Source: a virus (lineage: Duplodnaviria; Caudoviricetes). Taken from it: a stretch of 34,381 nt of DNA. The stretch lies in IMG/VR virus record IMGVR_UViG_3300022187_000109, positions 1-34,381 of that record. One strand, written 5' to 3'. This document shows positions 6,746 to 16,479 of this stretch, one piece after another; within the stretch, counting starts at the first letter, position 1; the number at the start of each line of letters is the position of its first letter. The notes beneath the pieces were generated by a model. That model worked only from the letters and a program-made list of their open reading frames with translations, did no database searches and was not told where the DNA came from. Position numbers and translations under genes: made by a program.

Positions 6746-7946
6746 ACTTCAGGTTCTGGGGTTCCTTTTAAATAACAATTTCTATAACAGGGTAAAGAAC
6801 ATTGTCACTCGCGATATGTTCGAGGGACGGTATGCCACTCTGTTTGATACAATCACCTATGCCCACAAGAATTACGGAACGAACCTGTCCCGTGAACAAT
6901 TGGATTCCCTGTTCATGGACAGGAACCCTGCAATGCCTAGCAGTGCAAAGCATGAAGTCTTTGATATTATTGCACAACTTAGCGAACACGTCAGTGATAC
7001 AGGTGACCTCGAACTAGATGTAACCAAGAACTTCTGGGTTCGTGACCGTGCGCGGCAGATTGGTGAGAAGGCTATTGCCATCTTCACTGGTGAGTCCGAA
7101 CATTTTGGCGAACTCAAGACGCTCATCGATATGGTCGAAGATGGTCGTATGTCCGACAAGACAACCTACAGTGAAATGGACAAAGACTTTGTTCAGCTAA
7201 TAGAAGAGGAGACAGGCGAACCGGACTTTCCCTTCACTTGGGATTTAATGAGCGAACACCTAGCTGGTATGGACAGAGGTAACTTAGGTATTATCTTTGC
7301 CCGCCCTGAAGTTGGCAAGACAACCTTCTGTGCCTTTGTTGCCGCCAGCTACATTAAACAGAAACACAAGGTCGTGTACTGGGCGAACGAGGAACCGGCA
7401 GAAAAGATTAAGCTAAGAATTATCCAAAGCTTTTTTGGCTTGACACGGGAAGAGATGAAGGCAGGGGCTGATGCCTTGTCCCATCGGTACGCAGAAGAAA
7501 TTGCGCCGTACCTTACCGTGATGGATTCGGTTGGTACATCGATGGAAGAACTGAACGAGTATGCCCAGCTAAACGAACCGGACGTAATGTTCTGTGACCA
7601 GCTAGACAAGTTCAGGGTATCCGGTGAATTTAACCGTGGAGATGAACGCCTAAAGGAAACGTATGTCGTGGCTCGTGAGATTGCCAAGCGTAACAAACTA
7701 CTGGTGTGGTCAGTTAGTCAGGCAAGCTTCGAGGCACATGACCGGCAGTTCATCGACTATGCTATGCTCGACGGTTCGCGAACCGGTAAGGCTGGTGAGG
7801 CAGATGTAATCATCGGTATCGGCAAGACCGGTACGTCAGAGGAAGAGAACACCACACGGCACATCTGCATTTCTAAAAACAAACTCAATGGGTGGCACGG
7901 TATGTTTACCAGCCACATTGATGTGCAGCGGGGGGTGTATTACTAA
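6705..7946 (+). CDS. DnaB-like (SF4) replicative helicase
   Basis: Walker A ARPEVGKT, Walker B-like VMFCDQ, VSQA and KNK motifs. Confidence 0.9.
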   Translation: MMNENKPSRNTSIELQVLGFLLNNNFYNRVKNIVTRDMFEGRYATLFDTITYAHKNYGTNLSREQLDSLFMDRNPAMPSSAKHEVFDIIAQLSEHVSDTGDLELDVTKNFWVRDRARQIGEKAIAIFTGESEHFGELKTLIDMVEDGRMSDKTTYSEMDKDFVQLIEEETGEPDFPFTWDLMSEHLAGMDRGNLGIIFARPEVGKTTFCAFVAASYIKQKHKVVYWANEEPAEKIKLRIIQSFFGLTREEMKAGADALSHRYAEEIAPYLTVMDSVGTSMEELNEYAQLNEPDVMFCDQLDKFRVSGEFNRGDERLKETYVVAREIAKRNKLLVWSVSQASFEAHDRQFIDYAMLDGSRTGKAGEADVIIGIGKTGTSEEENTTRHICISKNKLNGWHGMFTSHIDVQRGVYY

Positions 7947-8533
7947 TGAATGTCTTGACCTTCGATGTGGAAACAACCCACAAACCCAAAGCCAATGGTT
8001 CGACAACTGCCTTGCCATACTTCGGAAACTCTTTGGTTTCAAACGGTTACAAGTGGTTGGGTGAGCCGCACGTTCACTATCACTGTTACTACCACAGTGT
8101 TCGCGAACCGCATGAGTTCGCCTTCGAACTGTTCCAAGCTGCTCTTGACAAAGCCGACGTAGTTGTGGGACAAAACATTAAGTTTGATTTATCTTGGATT
8201 CGCGACTGCGGATTCGTTTATGAGGGACACGTCTATGATACAATGGTTGCAGAATATATTCTTGCCCGCTCCCAAAGGTGGCCTCTTTCACTTGTTGCTC
8301 TTGCAGAAAAGTATAGTGATGTGCAAAAAGAGAAAGACCTCATTGCGCCGTATTTTAAGGAAGGCAAGACCTTCTACGACATACCTTGGGAAATAATAGA
8401 AACGTATGGAAAGGCTGATGTCATTTCCACAGAGCAAGTAGCCCTTGCACAACTCGAAGCCTTTGGCACTACATTTGAGGAACTATTCAATGAACAACCA
8501 AACACTCTTGCCCACTTTGCGTCTGTCGCTTGA
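7946..8533 (+). CDS. 3'-5' exonuclease domain of family A DNA polymerase, encoded as a separate gene
   Basis: ExoI FDVET, ExoII GQNIKFD, ExoIII YGKAD; TAATG coupling with the helicase. Confidence 0.85.
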   Translation: MNVLTFDVETTHKPKANGSTTALPYFGNSLVSNGYKWLGEPHVHYHCYYHSVREPHEFAFELFQAALDKADVVVGQNIKFDLSWIRDCGFVYEGHVYDTMVAEYILARSQRWPLSLVALAEKYSDVQKEKDLIAPYFKEGKTFYDIPWEIIETYGKADVISTEQVALAQLEAFGTTFEELFNEQPNTLAHFASVA

Positions 8534-10037
8534 GATGACAGATGTGCTGTCCCGCATCGAACGGAACGGCATCAAGATTAACAGACAAACACTTGCAGAC
8601 ATTCGCCGCGAGTACGAAGACGAACTGTTTACCCTCGAACGCCGCCTCAACGAACTGGCTGCGGAAGCTATGGGTGATACCCCCATCAACTTAGACAGCC
8701 CGGATGACCGTTCCAAGCTGTTCTATTCTTGTAAGGTAAAGGACAAGTCCCGCTGGGCTGGTCTGTTTAACTTGGGTCACGAGATTAGAGGGGCGGGTCG
8801 CAAACCCAAACGCCGTACCCGAATGAGCCGTACAGACTTTAAACGCAACGTTGTGAACGAGACAGAAGTTCTGTTCAAGACCCGTGGTAGCCAGTGTGCC
8901 GATTGCGGGGGCGTAGGGCGTTATACAGCCCGTAAGAAGGATGGGACGCTGGGTAAGGCTATCCGAATCTGTAAGCCCTGTCAGGGGGCTGGTGTGCGCT
9001 ATACATCAACTGGTCAGGTTGCGGGGTTCAAGCTGGTTCCTCGTGACCCTTATGATGTGGCTGCTGCTGGTTTCAAAACAGATAAGGAAACGTTGGAAAG
9101 TATGTTCACATCCCTGCGGGGTGAAGCCCGTGAGTTCGCAGAAGCTTACATCCGGTACAGTGCGGTTCGAACTTACCTGCGTTCTTTCGTTGAGGGCATG
9201 GAGAACAACATGGATGGGCAGGGGTTTATCCACACTGAGTTCATGCAGTGTGTCACGGCTACTGGTCGTCTGTCATCCCGCAACCCAAACTTTCAGAACA
9301 TGCCACGAGGTACTACCTTTATCATCAGGCGGGCTGTTGAAAGCCGGTTCGAGGGCGGGTCAATCCTAGAGGGCGATTACGCCCAGCTAGAGTTTAGGGT
9401 GGCTGGTTTCCTTGCGGATGATGAGGGCATCAAGACAGATGTGGATGCCGGAACAGATGTGCATAGCTATACTGCCAGTGTCATAGGATGTTCGCGGCAA
9501 GATGCCAAGGCTCATACCTTCAAGCCACTCTATGGTGGTGTGTCAGGTACAGATGACCAGAAACGATATTACAATGCGTTCAAGGAAAAGTATAACAATG
9601 TTACCAAGTGGCACGAGTTCCTGCAGAAACATGCGGTAACAAAGAAATACATCCAGCTTCCTTCGGGCAGGCAATACGCTTTTCCTCATGCAAGGTGGAC
9701 TGATTGGGGTACAGCAACCGACCGAACTGCCATCTGCAACTATCCGGTTCAGGGGTTTGCAACGGCTGACCTTCTGCCTATGTCACTGGTTTTGTTGGAC
9801 AAACGAGTTCGCGAACTGAACTTGCGTTCGGTTATCTGCAACACGGTTCACGATTCCATCGTCATGGATGTGTACCCCAGCGAAGAAAAAAAATGTATTG
9901 ACGTGATGGCTGAATGTATGTTAGCTATCCCGTTGGAATCAAAGAATAGGTACGGGATTACCTATGATATGCCAGTTGGTATCGAACTAAAAATGGGTAA
10001 AAACTGGCTTGACTTGGAAGAGGTACTTACTGTATAA
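8490..10037 (+). CDS. Family A DNA polymerase (polymerase domain) with DnaJ-type zinc-finger insert
   Basis: TATGRLSS, motif A DYAQLEFR, motif B KAHTFKPLYG, motif C VHDS; CADCGGVG and CKPCQGAG; own GAGGA RBS before ATG 8490. Confidence 0.93.
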   Translation: MNNQTLLPTLRLSLEMTDVLSRIERNGIKINRQTLADIRREYEDELFTLERRLNELAAEAMGDTPINLDSPDDRSKLFYSCKVKDKSRWAGLFNLGHEIRGAGRKPKRRTRMSRTDFKRNVVNETEVLFKTRGSQCADCGGVGRYTARKKDGTLGKAIRICKPCQGAGVRYTSTGQVAGFKLVPRDPYDVAAAGFKTDKETLESMFTSLRGEAREFAEAYIRYSAVRTYLRSFVEGMENNMDGQGFIHTEFMQCVTATGRLSSRNPNFQNMPRGTTFIIRRAVESRFEGGSILEGDYAQLEFRVAGFLADDEGIKTDVDAGTDVHSYTASVIGCSRQDAKAHTFKPLYGGVSGTDDQKRYYNAFKEKYNNVTKWHEFLQKHAVTKKYIQLPSGRQYAFPHARWTDWGTATDRTAICNYPVQGFATADLLPMSLVLLDKRVRELNLRSVICNTVHDSIVMDVYPSEEKKCIDVMAECMLAIPLESKNRYGITYDMPVGIELKMGKNWLDLEEVLTV

Positions 10038-10038
10038 T
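10009..10038 (+). promoter_or_regulatory. Internal sigma70-type promoter upstream of putative ssb
   Basis: TTGACT-18 bp-TATAAT overlapping the 3' end of the polymerase gene; AAGGAGA RBS at 10061. Confidence 0.6.
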
Positions 10039-10073
10039 CCCTTTACGCTAACGCTCATCTAAGGAGAAACGAC

Positions 10074-10931
10074 ATGAGCAATGAACTACAAATGTTGAAT
10101 GATGAAATGAACACCTTCCTGACTGCATTCGAGTCAGGTAACGAAGAAGCCCTCATGGAAATGAGTGGACAGGCTGACCCAAACAATAAGCCGAAGATTG
10201 GTCTGCCTAGACTAAACATTAATTACGATACAGAGACAGATGATGGCACATTGCTGAGACGCGGTGCATGGCGTATCTGGAACGGTTCTGCACCTGTGTA
10301 TGCAGATAAGGTCTTTGTTCGTCCCCTGCTGCGAACTTTCGAGTGGTCAGTGTGGAATCAAGAAGAAGGTAAGTTTTCTTGCAAGTCTGTGCAGAAGCGC
10401 AAACTAGCTGGCGACTTTCCTGATACACTAGGCGGTAACAAGTGTGGTCGCCTTTCAAAGCCAGAAGAAGATGCGCTAGGTCAAGACGACCCACGGGTTT
10501 TGTTGAGCCGCTCTGTTAGCTGCAATCAGGTAATCTACGGAATCATCGATGCACCTGAAGCAGCATACGCAGATGGTACTGCAGCACCTGTAGAGCAGAT
10601 GCCGTTCATGGCATACTTCAAGCGTTCGGGCTACCGTCCGGTCAACGACTTCATTCAGAAGCAGCTTACAGACCGTAAGATTCTGATGCACAAGGCGTTG
10701 ATTGAGTTCACCACAGAGAAGCAGAAGAACGGTGGTGTTGTCTACTGGACACCGAAGCTTGCCTTTGTAAAGGAAGTGTCAGGTACAGAAGAAACTGACA
10801 AGCCTTTGATGAAGGACTTTGCCGACACCGTTAACGCTCACAACGAGTCTGTGTTCGCAGAGTACAAAGCTGCTCAAAAGTCTATGGCTTCAGCAGACGA
10901 CATTGATTTGTCAGAACGTCTGGCTGGCTAG
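10074..10931 (+). CDS. Putative single-stranded DNA-binding protein
   Basis: Lies after the polymerase; beta-rich with aromatic residues; acidic C-terminus; strong RBS and promoter. Function is inferred. Confidence 0.5.
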   Translation: MSNELQMLNDEMNTFLTAFESGNEEALMEMSGQADPNNKPKIGLPRLNINYDTETDDGTLLRRGAWRIWNGSAPVYADKVFVRPLLRTFEWSVWNQEEGKFSCKSVQKRKLAGDFPDTLGGNKCGRLSKPEEDALGQDDPRVLLSRSVSCNQVIYGIIDAPEAAYADGTAAPVEQMPFMAYFKRSGYRPVNDFIQKQLTDRKILMHKALIEFTTEKQKNGGVVYWTPKLAFVKEVSGTEETDKPLMKDFADTVNAHNESVFAEYKAAQKSMASADDIDLSERLAG

Positions 10932-10933
10932 TT

Positions 10934-11827
10934 ATGTTACAACTCGTAGAAGTCCAAGACTTTCTACAGAAAGCGGGGCGGGGGGAGATTGACTCCTCTC
11001 GCCTCGAACATCTGATAGAACAGTTTGGCGAGGACTGTAAGGCTGCTATGCGGAAACAGTTCTCTAGCCGTGGCGATTACCGGATTCGTATGTCCGGTGT
11101 TGGTCGCCCCTTGTGTCAACAACAGCTTGAAAAGCAGGGCAACAAACAAGACGTTGCCTACAATGATATTGTCCGGTTCGCAACCGGCGACCTCTTAGAA
11201 GCATTCGCCATTCTTGTGATGCGGGCTGCTGGCCTAGATGTCGTTGCGGAACAGAAGAAGTGTTCCCTCGAACTGGGTGGGCAAACCGTCAACGGAACCC
11301 TAGATGTCATCCTGAACATAGATGGTGAAGAAGAAGTCTGGGATATCAAGACAGCAAGCCCGTGGTCGTTCGAGAACAAGTTTTCTGGACGTGGCGGCTA
11401 TGACGTTATCAAAGAAGATGACCCGTTCGGTTACGTTATGCAGGGACACCTGTATGCGGAATCGGAAGGTAAAAGGTTCGGGGGATGGATTGTAATCAAC
11501 AAATCTACAGGTGAGTGGGATTTCGTAGAGGCACCCCGCGAACAGTCTGAAGACCGCAAAGCATACCTAGAGGATGCGAACAAGCGTGTCGAGGCAATCA
11601 TCAATGACGCACCGTTCAAAGTGCCGTTCCAATCTGAGCCTGAGACAACTACCATTGACAGACAAAAGGTCGAGACAGGCAACCGCCTGATGCCCAAGAC
11701 TTGCACCTTCTGTTCCTTCAAGACAAAGTGCTGGAAGAATGCAGAACTAGCCCCGAAGATAACATCGAAGGCACGGTTCAAGCCTCACGTCTGGTACACA
11801 AAGCTTGTGAAGCGGGAACTAGACTGA
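10934..11827 (+). CDS. PD-(D/E)xK exonuclease (Cas4/RecB-like)
   Basis: RMSGVG..C, GTLD, WDIKTAS, GYVMQ...Y and CTFCSFK..C motifs. Confidence 0.8.
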   Translation: MLQLVEVQDFLQKAGRGEIDSSRLEHLIEQFGEDCKAAMRKQFSSRGDYRIRMSGVGRPLCQQQLEKQGNKQDVAYNDIVRFATGDLLEAFAILVMRAAGLDVVAEQKKCSLELGGQTVNGTLDVILNIDGEEEVWDIKTASPWSFENKFSGRGGYDVIKEDDPFGYVMQGHLYAESEGKRFGGWIVINKSTGEWDFVEAPREQSEDRKAYLEDANKRVEAIINDAPFKVPFQSEPETTTIDRQKVETGNRLMPKTCTFCSFKTKCWKNAELAPKITSKARFKPHVWYTKLVKRELD

Positions 11828-12222
11828 TGCCGGTTTTGTACACACGGGAGTACCCCCACGAACTGTTCGACTTGAACCCGCAGCTTTACTGTGTGTTCGT
11901 GGAGTCACATGAACGTCGTGGGGGTGGTCGTTCTACTGTTAGGGTTCGTGGCTTGGAAATATCCTTGCCCCTTACTTTACGAGACAATTACTCGCCAGAC
12001 GGTTCCTTGAAGTCAGACACAGAAGTACGGGACATAAAACTCATAGAAGAGGAATTTCAGAACATTGTTCATCACTTGCGACAGGGGTTGGTAGTATGCC
12101 TACCGACAATGGAAATCTCAAAAGAAATATCGCAGCTAGAAAAACGGTCCCCAAAAGTAGGACAGTATCTGTTAAAAAGGCTAGAAGGGGTGAAGGCGGG
12201 ATTTCCGCTGCTAGGATTATGA
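11827..12222 (+). CDS. Hypothetical protein (131 aa)
   Basis: Start MPVLYT coupled to the upstream stop; overlaps the next start. Confidence 0.7.
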   Translation: MPVLYTREYPHELFDLNPQLYCVFVESHERRGGGRSTVRVRGLEISLPLTLRDNYSPDGSLKSDTEVRDIKLIEEEFQNIVHHLRQGLVVCLPTMEISKEISQLEKRSPKVGQYLLKRLEGVKAGFPLLGL

Positions 12223-12593
12223 GGCAAACCCGTTACCGTTCACAGTTCGAGATTAACCTTGCAAGGTCGCTGGCAGAGAAGAAGATTGCCTTCGAGTACG
12301 AACAAGCAAAGCTACAGTACATACCCAAGCCGCGAACATATACGCCAGACTTTTATTTACCTGAACAAGATATCTACATAGAGGCGAAGGGTCATCTGGA
12401 TAAGGGCGACAGGGTAAAGATGCAGCTAATAAAACAACAATACCCCGACTTGGATATTCGCTTTGTATTCGTTCGGGCCACGAACAAGATTTACAGAGGC
12501 AGCAAAACTAGCTATGCTGATTGGGCGAACCGTTATGGTTTCCCGTGGGCAGAAGGTAGTGTGCCAGAGGAGTGGTTTAAAAATGACGGATGA
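12219..12593 (+). CDS. T7 endonuclease I-like Holliday junction resolvase
   Basis: YRSQFE, YTPDF, IEAKG, DIRFVF and YADWA motifs. Confidence 0.88.
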   Translation: MRQTRYRSQFEINLARSLAEKKIAFEYEQAKLQYIPKPRTYTPDFYLPEQDIYIEAKGHLDKGDRVKMQLIKQQYPDLDIRFVFVRATNKIYRGSKTSYADWANRYGFPWAEGSVPEEWFKNDG

Positions 12594-12936
12594 TAGGGAT
12601 TATGAAGTTGGTAGCTTGTTGCCTGACCGGTGGTACATCATCTTAAAAAGAACGGACGATGAAAGTTTTAAGATGACAGCATACGATACAACTGCTATAC
12701 CAGAAGATGAAGATTATATGGACGCAGGGTTCGTGGCGCAGCAAGGGATTGTTGAGATGCTAGAGAACGACTTCGACAGACTCATACAAGCAGGGTTAGC
12801 CCGTATATCTTTTATGGAAATGAAGGATACTATCCTACAGGAACTAGAGGATGAGGGCGTGGAGTTCGAACCCCGTGACCGTATAACAAGCCGTGATGAA
12901 AACATAGTTAAAGTAGATTTTGGAACAAAGCAATGA
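12583..12936 (+). CDS. Hypothetical acidic protein
   Basis: Start MTDDRD after GAGGAG; C-terminal NIVKVDF. Confidence 0.7.
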   Translation: MTDDRDYEVGSLLPDRWYIILKRTDDESFKMTAYDTTAIPEDEDYMDAGFVAQQGIVEMLENDFDRLIQAGLARISFMEMKDTILQELEDEGVEFEPRDRITSRDENIVKVDFGTKQ

Positions 12937-13253
12937 AACTAGATGAGTATCAGATGCGGGCAGAAAGCACCGCAGTTTATCCGCAAGAATATAATGTTCT
13001 GTATCCGACACTGGGTTTAGCTGGAGAAGCAGGCGAGGTTGCCGAAAAAGTAAAGAAGCTTGTTCGCGACGGTGAACCACACCTTTTCTATAAAGATGAT
13101 ATTGCAAAGGAACTAGGAGATGTGTTATGGTACGTTGCAATTTTAGCAAGAGACTTAGGCTACAGCTTAGAAGAGGTCGCGCAGCGCAACTTAGACAAGC
13201 TAGAAGACCGCAAGAATCGGAACATGTTGCAGGGAAGCGGAGACGACAGGTGA
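12933..13253 (+). CDS. mazG: MazG-like nucleotide pyrophosphohydrolase
   Basis: [24 protein letters not shown] and GSGDDR. Confidence 0.88.
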   Translation: MKLDEYQMRAESTAVYPQEYNVLYPTLGLAGEAGEVAEKVKKLVRDGEPHLFYKDDIAKELGDVLWYVAILARDLGYSLEEVAQRNLDKLEDRKNRNMLQGSGDDR

Positions 13254-13537
13254 GACATGAAGCATACATGAAGATGATGGAAGACGAAAACGAACAGGCC
13301 GGTAAGATGGCCTATGGCGGCGTTGATATGGTCAACAGCCCGCCCCATTACAACGCAGCGGGAACAGAGTGCATAGATGCAATCCAAGCTGCAACCCTTG
13401 ACGGGTTCGAGTATTACCTGCAAGGAAACATAATGAAATACCTTTGGCGATATCGTTACAAGAATGGTAACGAAGATTTGAAGAAAGCGCAGTGGTATTT
13501 AAATAAACTATTAGAGGTTCGAGGAGAGAACAAATGA
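13250..13537 (+). CDS. DUF3310 protein (T7 gp1.7-like, putative nucleotide kinase)
   Basis: [24 protein letters not shown] and [10 protein letters not shown]; GTGA overlap start. Confidence 0.8.
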   Translation: MRHEAYMKMMEDENEQAGKMAYGGVDMVNSPPHYNAAGTECIDAIQAATLDGFEYYLQGNIMKYLWRYRYKNGNEDLKKAQWYLNKLLEVRGENK

Positions 13538-15462
13538 GCAACCAACTACCCACACCGTATCAACAATTCATTCACAAGTCACGCTATGCTCGCTGGATAG
13601 ATAGCGAACAGCGCAGAGAGAACTGGGGCGAAACTGTAGACCGCTACATATCTTTCATGCTAGAGCAGGTAAAGGATAAGTGCGGTGTCGAACTGTCTAC
13701 ATCTGTTCGCGAAGAGATTGAGGAAGGCATCCTGTCCCTGAAGGTGATGCCATCTATGCGGGCAATGATGACTGCAGGCCCTGCCCTTGCACGGGATAAC
13801 GTCTGTGGTTACAATTGTAGCTACATTCCTGTAGACAGCCCTCGTGCTTTTGATGAGTGTATGTACATCTTGATGTGCGGTACAGGTGTTGGTTTTTCTG
13901 TCGAACGTGAGAACGTAGATAAGTTGCCTGTGATTAGCGACAACTTTAACGATTCAGATACTGTGATTAAAGTTGGTGACAGCAAGCCCGGATGGGCAAA
14001 GTCACTTCGCGAACTGATTGCGCTACTCTACGCTGGTCAGGTTCCTTCATGGGATATGTCAAGTGTTCGTGAAGCTGGTGCGCGGCTAAAGGTTATGGGT
14101 GGACGTGCTAGTGGTCCACAACCTCTTGCAGACCTCTTTAACTTTACTGTTGAGATATTCAAGAAGGCACGGGGTCGCAGACTGTTCCCAATTGAGTGCC
14201 ACGACTTGATGTGTAAGATTGGTGAGATTGTGGTTGTAGGCGGGGTTCGCCGCAGCGCACTCATAAGCTTGTCGAACCTCAACGATGACCAGATGGCACA
14301 CGCTAAGTCTGGCATGTGGTGGGAAACAGAGCCACAGCGGGCGTTGGCGAACAACTCTGTGTCTTACAAGACAAAGCCTGAGATGGGTACGTTCATGCGT
14401 GAATGGCTTGCCCTATACGACAGCAAGTCTGGTGAGCGTGGTATGTTCAACCGTGAGGCTGCTGACAAGCAGGTTGCCCGCAACGGTCGTCGTGAAACAG
14501 GCCACATGTGGGGTACAAACCCATGTTCTGAGATTATCTTGCGGGGCTACCAGTTTTGCAACCTGTCGGAAGTAGTGGTTCGCGAAATGGATTCCTTGGA
14601 AGACTTAAAGGCAAAGGTTCGGGTGGCTACCATTCTTGGAACCTTGCAGTCAACCCTAACTGATTTTAAATACTTGAGGAAGATATGGAAAGACAATACA
14701 GAGGAAGAGCGTTTGTTAGGCGTGTCCTTGACTGGTATCATGGACCATCCCGTTTTATCCAAAAATGTAGACAGCAAGCGTTGGCTCGAAGAAATGCGCG
14801 AAGTCGCAGTGGAGACGAACAAGGAGTTTGCGAACATGCTTGGAATCCCACAGTCGGCTGCAATCACTTGTGTCAAGCCGTCGGGTACTGTATCACAACT
14901 GGTGGACGCAGCAAGCGGGATACATGCAAGGCACAACGACTACTTCATCAGAACCGTTCGCGGGGATAATAAAGACCCCTTAACACAGTTCCTGATTAAT
15001 AGTGGTGTCCCTGCAGAGCGTGACGTTATGAAGCCAGACTCTACAACTGTCTTTAGCTTCCCTATGAAGTCACCAGACGGTGCCGTTACACGAACACAGA
15101 TGACTGCCATTGAGCAGCTAGAGTTGTGGAAGACTTATGCTATCCACTGGTGCGAACATAAGCCATCTATCACTGTGTCTGTAAAGGAACACGAATGGAT
15201 GGATGTGGGGGCTTGGGTCTATGAGAACTTTGACGTTGCCTCTGGTGTGTCGTTCTTGCCTCACAGTGACCACACGTACCAACAGGCTCCGTATCAGGAC
15301 ATTGAAGCTGATGAATACTTGGAGTGGAAACAGCGCATGGAAGTTGTCACGATTGACTGGGATAAGTTGTCTGAGTTCGAAAAGGAAGATAACACCAGTG
15401 GTTCGCGGGAACTAGCCTGTACAGCGGGGGTCTGTGAGGTTGTTGACCTGAGTGCGGCATGA
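13534..15462 (+). CDS. nrdJ: Class II (adenosylcobalamin-dependent) ribonucleotide reductase
   Basis: GGVRRSA, TNPCSEI, TCVKPSGT and C-terminal ACTAGVCE; no small subunit nearby. Confidence 0.88.
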   Translation: MSNQLPTPYQQFIHKSRYARWIDSEQRRENWGETVDRYISFMLEQVKDKCGVELSTSVREEIEEGILSLKVMPSMRAMMTAGPALARDNVCGYNCSYIPVDSPRAFDECMYILMCGTGVGFSVERENVDKLPVISDNFNDSDTVIKVGDSKPGWAKSLRELIALLYAGQVPSWDMSSVREAGARLKVMGGRASGPQPLADLFNFTVEIFKKARGRRLFPIECHDLMCKIGEIVVVGGVRRSALISLSNLNDDQMAHAKSGMWWETEPQRALANNSVSYKTKPEMGTFMREWLALYDSKSGERGMFNREAADKQVARNGRRETGHMWGTNPCSEIILRGYQFCNLSEVVVREMDSLEDLKAKVRVATILGTLQSTLTDFKYLRKIWKDNTEEERLLGVSLTGIMDHPVLSKNVDSKRWLEEMREVAVETNKEFANMLGIPQSAAITCVKPSGTVSQLVDAASGIHARHNDYFIRTVRGDNKDPLTQFLINSGVPAERDVMKPDSTTVFSFPMKSPDGAVTRTQMTAIEQLELWKTYAIHWCEHKPSITVSVKEHEWMDVGAWVYENFDVASGVSFLPHSDHTYQQAPYQDIEADEYLEWKQRMEVVTIDWDKLSEFEKEDNTSGSRELACTAGVCEVVDLSAA

Positions 15463-15617
15463 ACTGCTGGCACTGCAAAACTGAACTTATTTGGGATAGT
15501 GATGTTGACAGGGATGATGATTTGTACTACATTATGGTCACATTCCTGCACTGTCCCAAATGTGGCGCAGATGTAGAAGTTTGGTTACCTAACATTGAGG
15601 AGAACACCAGTGAGTGA
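15459..15617 (+). CDS. Small zinc-ribbon protein (52 aa, MNCWHCKTELIW...HCPKCG)
   Basis: Read manually; ATGA overlap with the nrdJ stop; two CxxC pairs. Confidence 0.7.
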   Translation: MNCWHCKTELIWDSDVDRDDDLYYIMVTFLHCPKCGADVEVWLPNIEENTSE

Positions 15618-15834
15618 AGAACAAAAAGACATCATCACGATTGATGGAACAGAGTACGATTTTGATACTTTGGAAGACAAGCAGAAGTACATCATCAACC
15701 AGATTCGTGATTTGAATGGTAAGATTGCACATGCGCAGTTTGGCATCGACCAGCTTCGAACAGCACAGTCTGCCTTTACGAACATGTTAGTTGCTTCTAT
15801 CCAAGAGAAGAACGAAGAGGGAGAGGCAGCATGA
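15610..15834 (+). CDS. Hypothetical coiled-coil protein
   Basis: GTG start after GAGGAG; ITIDGTEY motif then heptad pattern. Confidence 0.7.
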   Translation: MSEEQKDIITIDGTEYDFDTLEDKQKYIINQIRDLNGKIAHAQFGIDQLRTAQSAFTNMLVASIQEKNEEGEAA

Positions 15835-16256
15835 CTTCGATGGAACCAGCAGTCTGTGACCGCAAGAAGTTCGATATCGATTTATCCTACGGCAAGGTTC
15901 GCGAACAGCAAGTTGCCGACATGCTTACGGATAAAAAGATTGAGGTCAAATCTGAACGTGGCATGTGGATGAAAACTGGCAACATAGCCATAGAGTACGA
16001 ATCCTATGGTAAGCCCAGTGGCATAGAAGCAACTGAAGCAGACTACTGGTTCCACAATCTTTGCATTGGTGATGAAACCTTTGCAACCTTGGTGTTCGAC
16101 GTGCCGTCCTTGAAACGCATCATAAATAATTTAGATTACAAAAAATCCGTGAGCGGCGGAGACAACAACGCTTCACGGATGTACCTTCTGAATCTACAGA
16201 AGTTGTTTTCAACAGATGTAATTAAGGCGTACAAAAATGAGCAACAAGCATCCTAA
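15831..16256 (+). CDS. Conserved phage protein, PD-(D/E)xK-like fold
   Basis: IEVKSE, TGNIAIE, GKPSGI and ADYW. Confidence 0.6.
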   Translation: MTSMEPAVCDRKKFDIDLSYGKVREQQVADMLTDKKIEVKSERGMWMKTGNIAIEYESYGKPSGIEATEADYWFHNLCIGDETFATLVFDVPSLKRIINNLDYKKSVSGGDNNASRMYLLNLQKLFSTDVIKAYKNEQQAS

Positions 16257-16461
16257 AGCTGAACTCTTTAAGCTTACAGCCCATCTAAATGACAGAGGTA
16301 ATGTAGAGATGGATTTGGAGTGTGTAGACCCTGACCAGTTTGCTCGCCTAATGGAAAAAGACCTGCCACAGTATGAAGGAACCTTCAAGGTAGCAAGTCT
16401 TTTACGTTATTTAAAGTCTGTAGGAGACGAGATGATGGAGAAGTCTAGCCGCTATATTTAG
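16237..16461 (+). CDS. Hypothetical protein, last gene of the rightward block
   Basis: ORF track; its stop overlaps the convergent stop at 16458-16460. Confidence 0.6.
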   Translation: MSNKHPKAELFKLTAHLNDRGNVEMDLECVDPDQFARLMEKDLPQYEGTFKVASLLRYLKSVGDEMMEKSSRYI

Positions 16462-16479
16462 GCGGCTTCTTCTTCTTTT
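16447..16479 (+). terminator. Possible terminator at the convergence point
   Basis: AGCCGC/GCGGCT 6-bp stem enclosing both stop codons, followed by TCTTCTTCTTTT. Confidence 0.35.
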
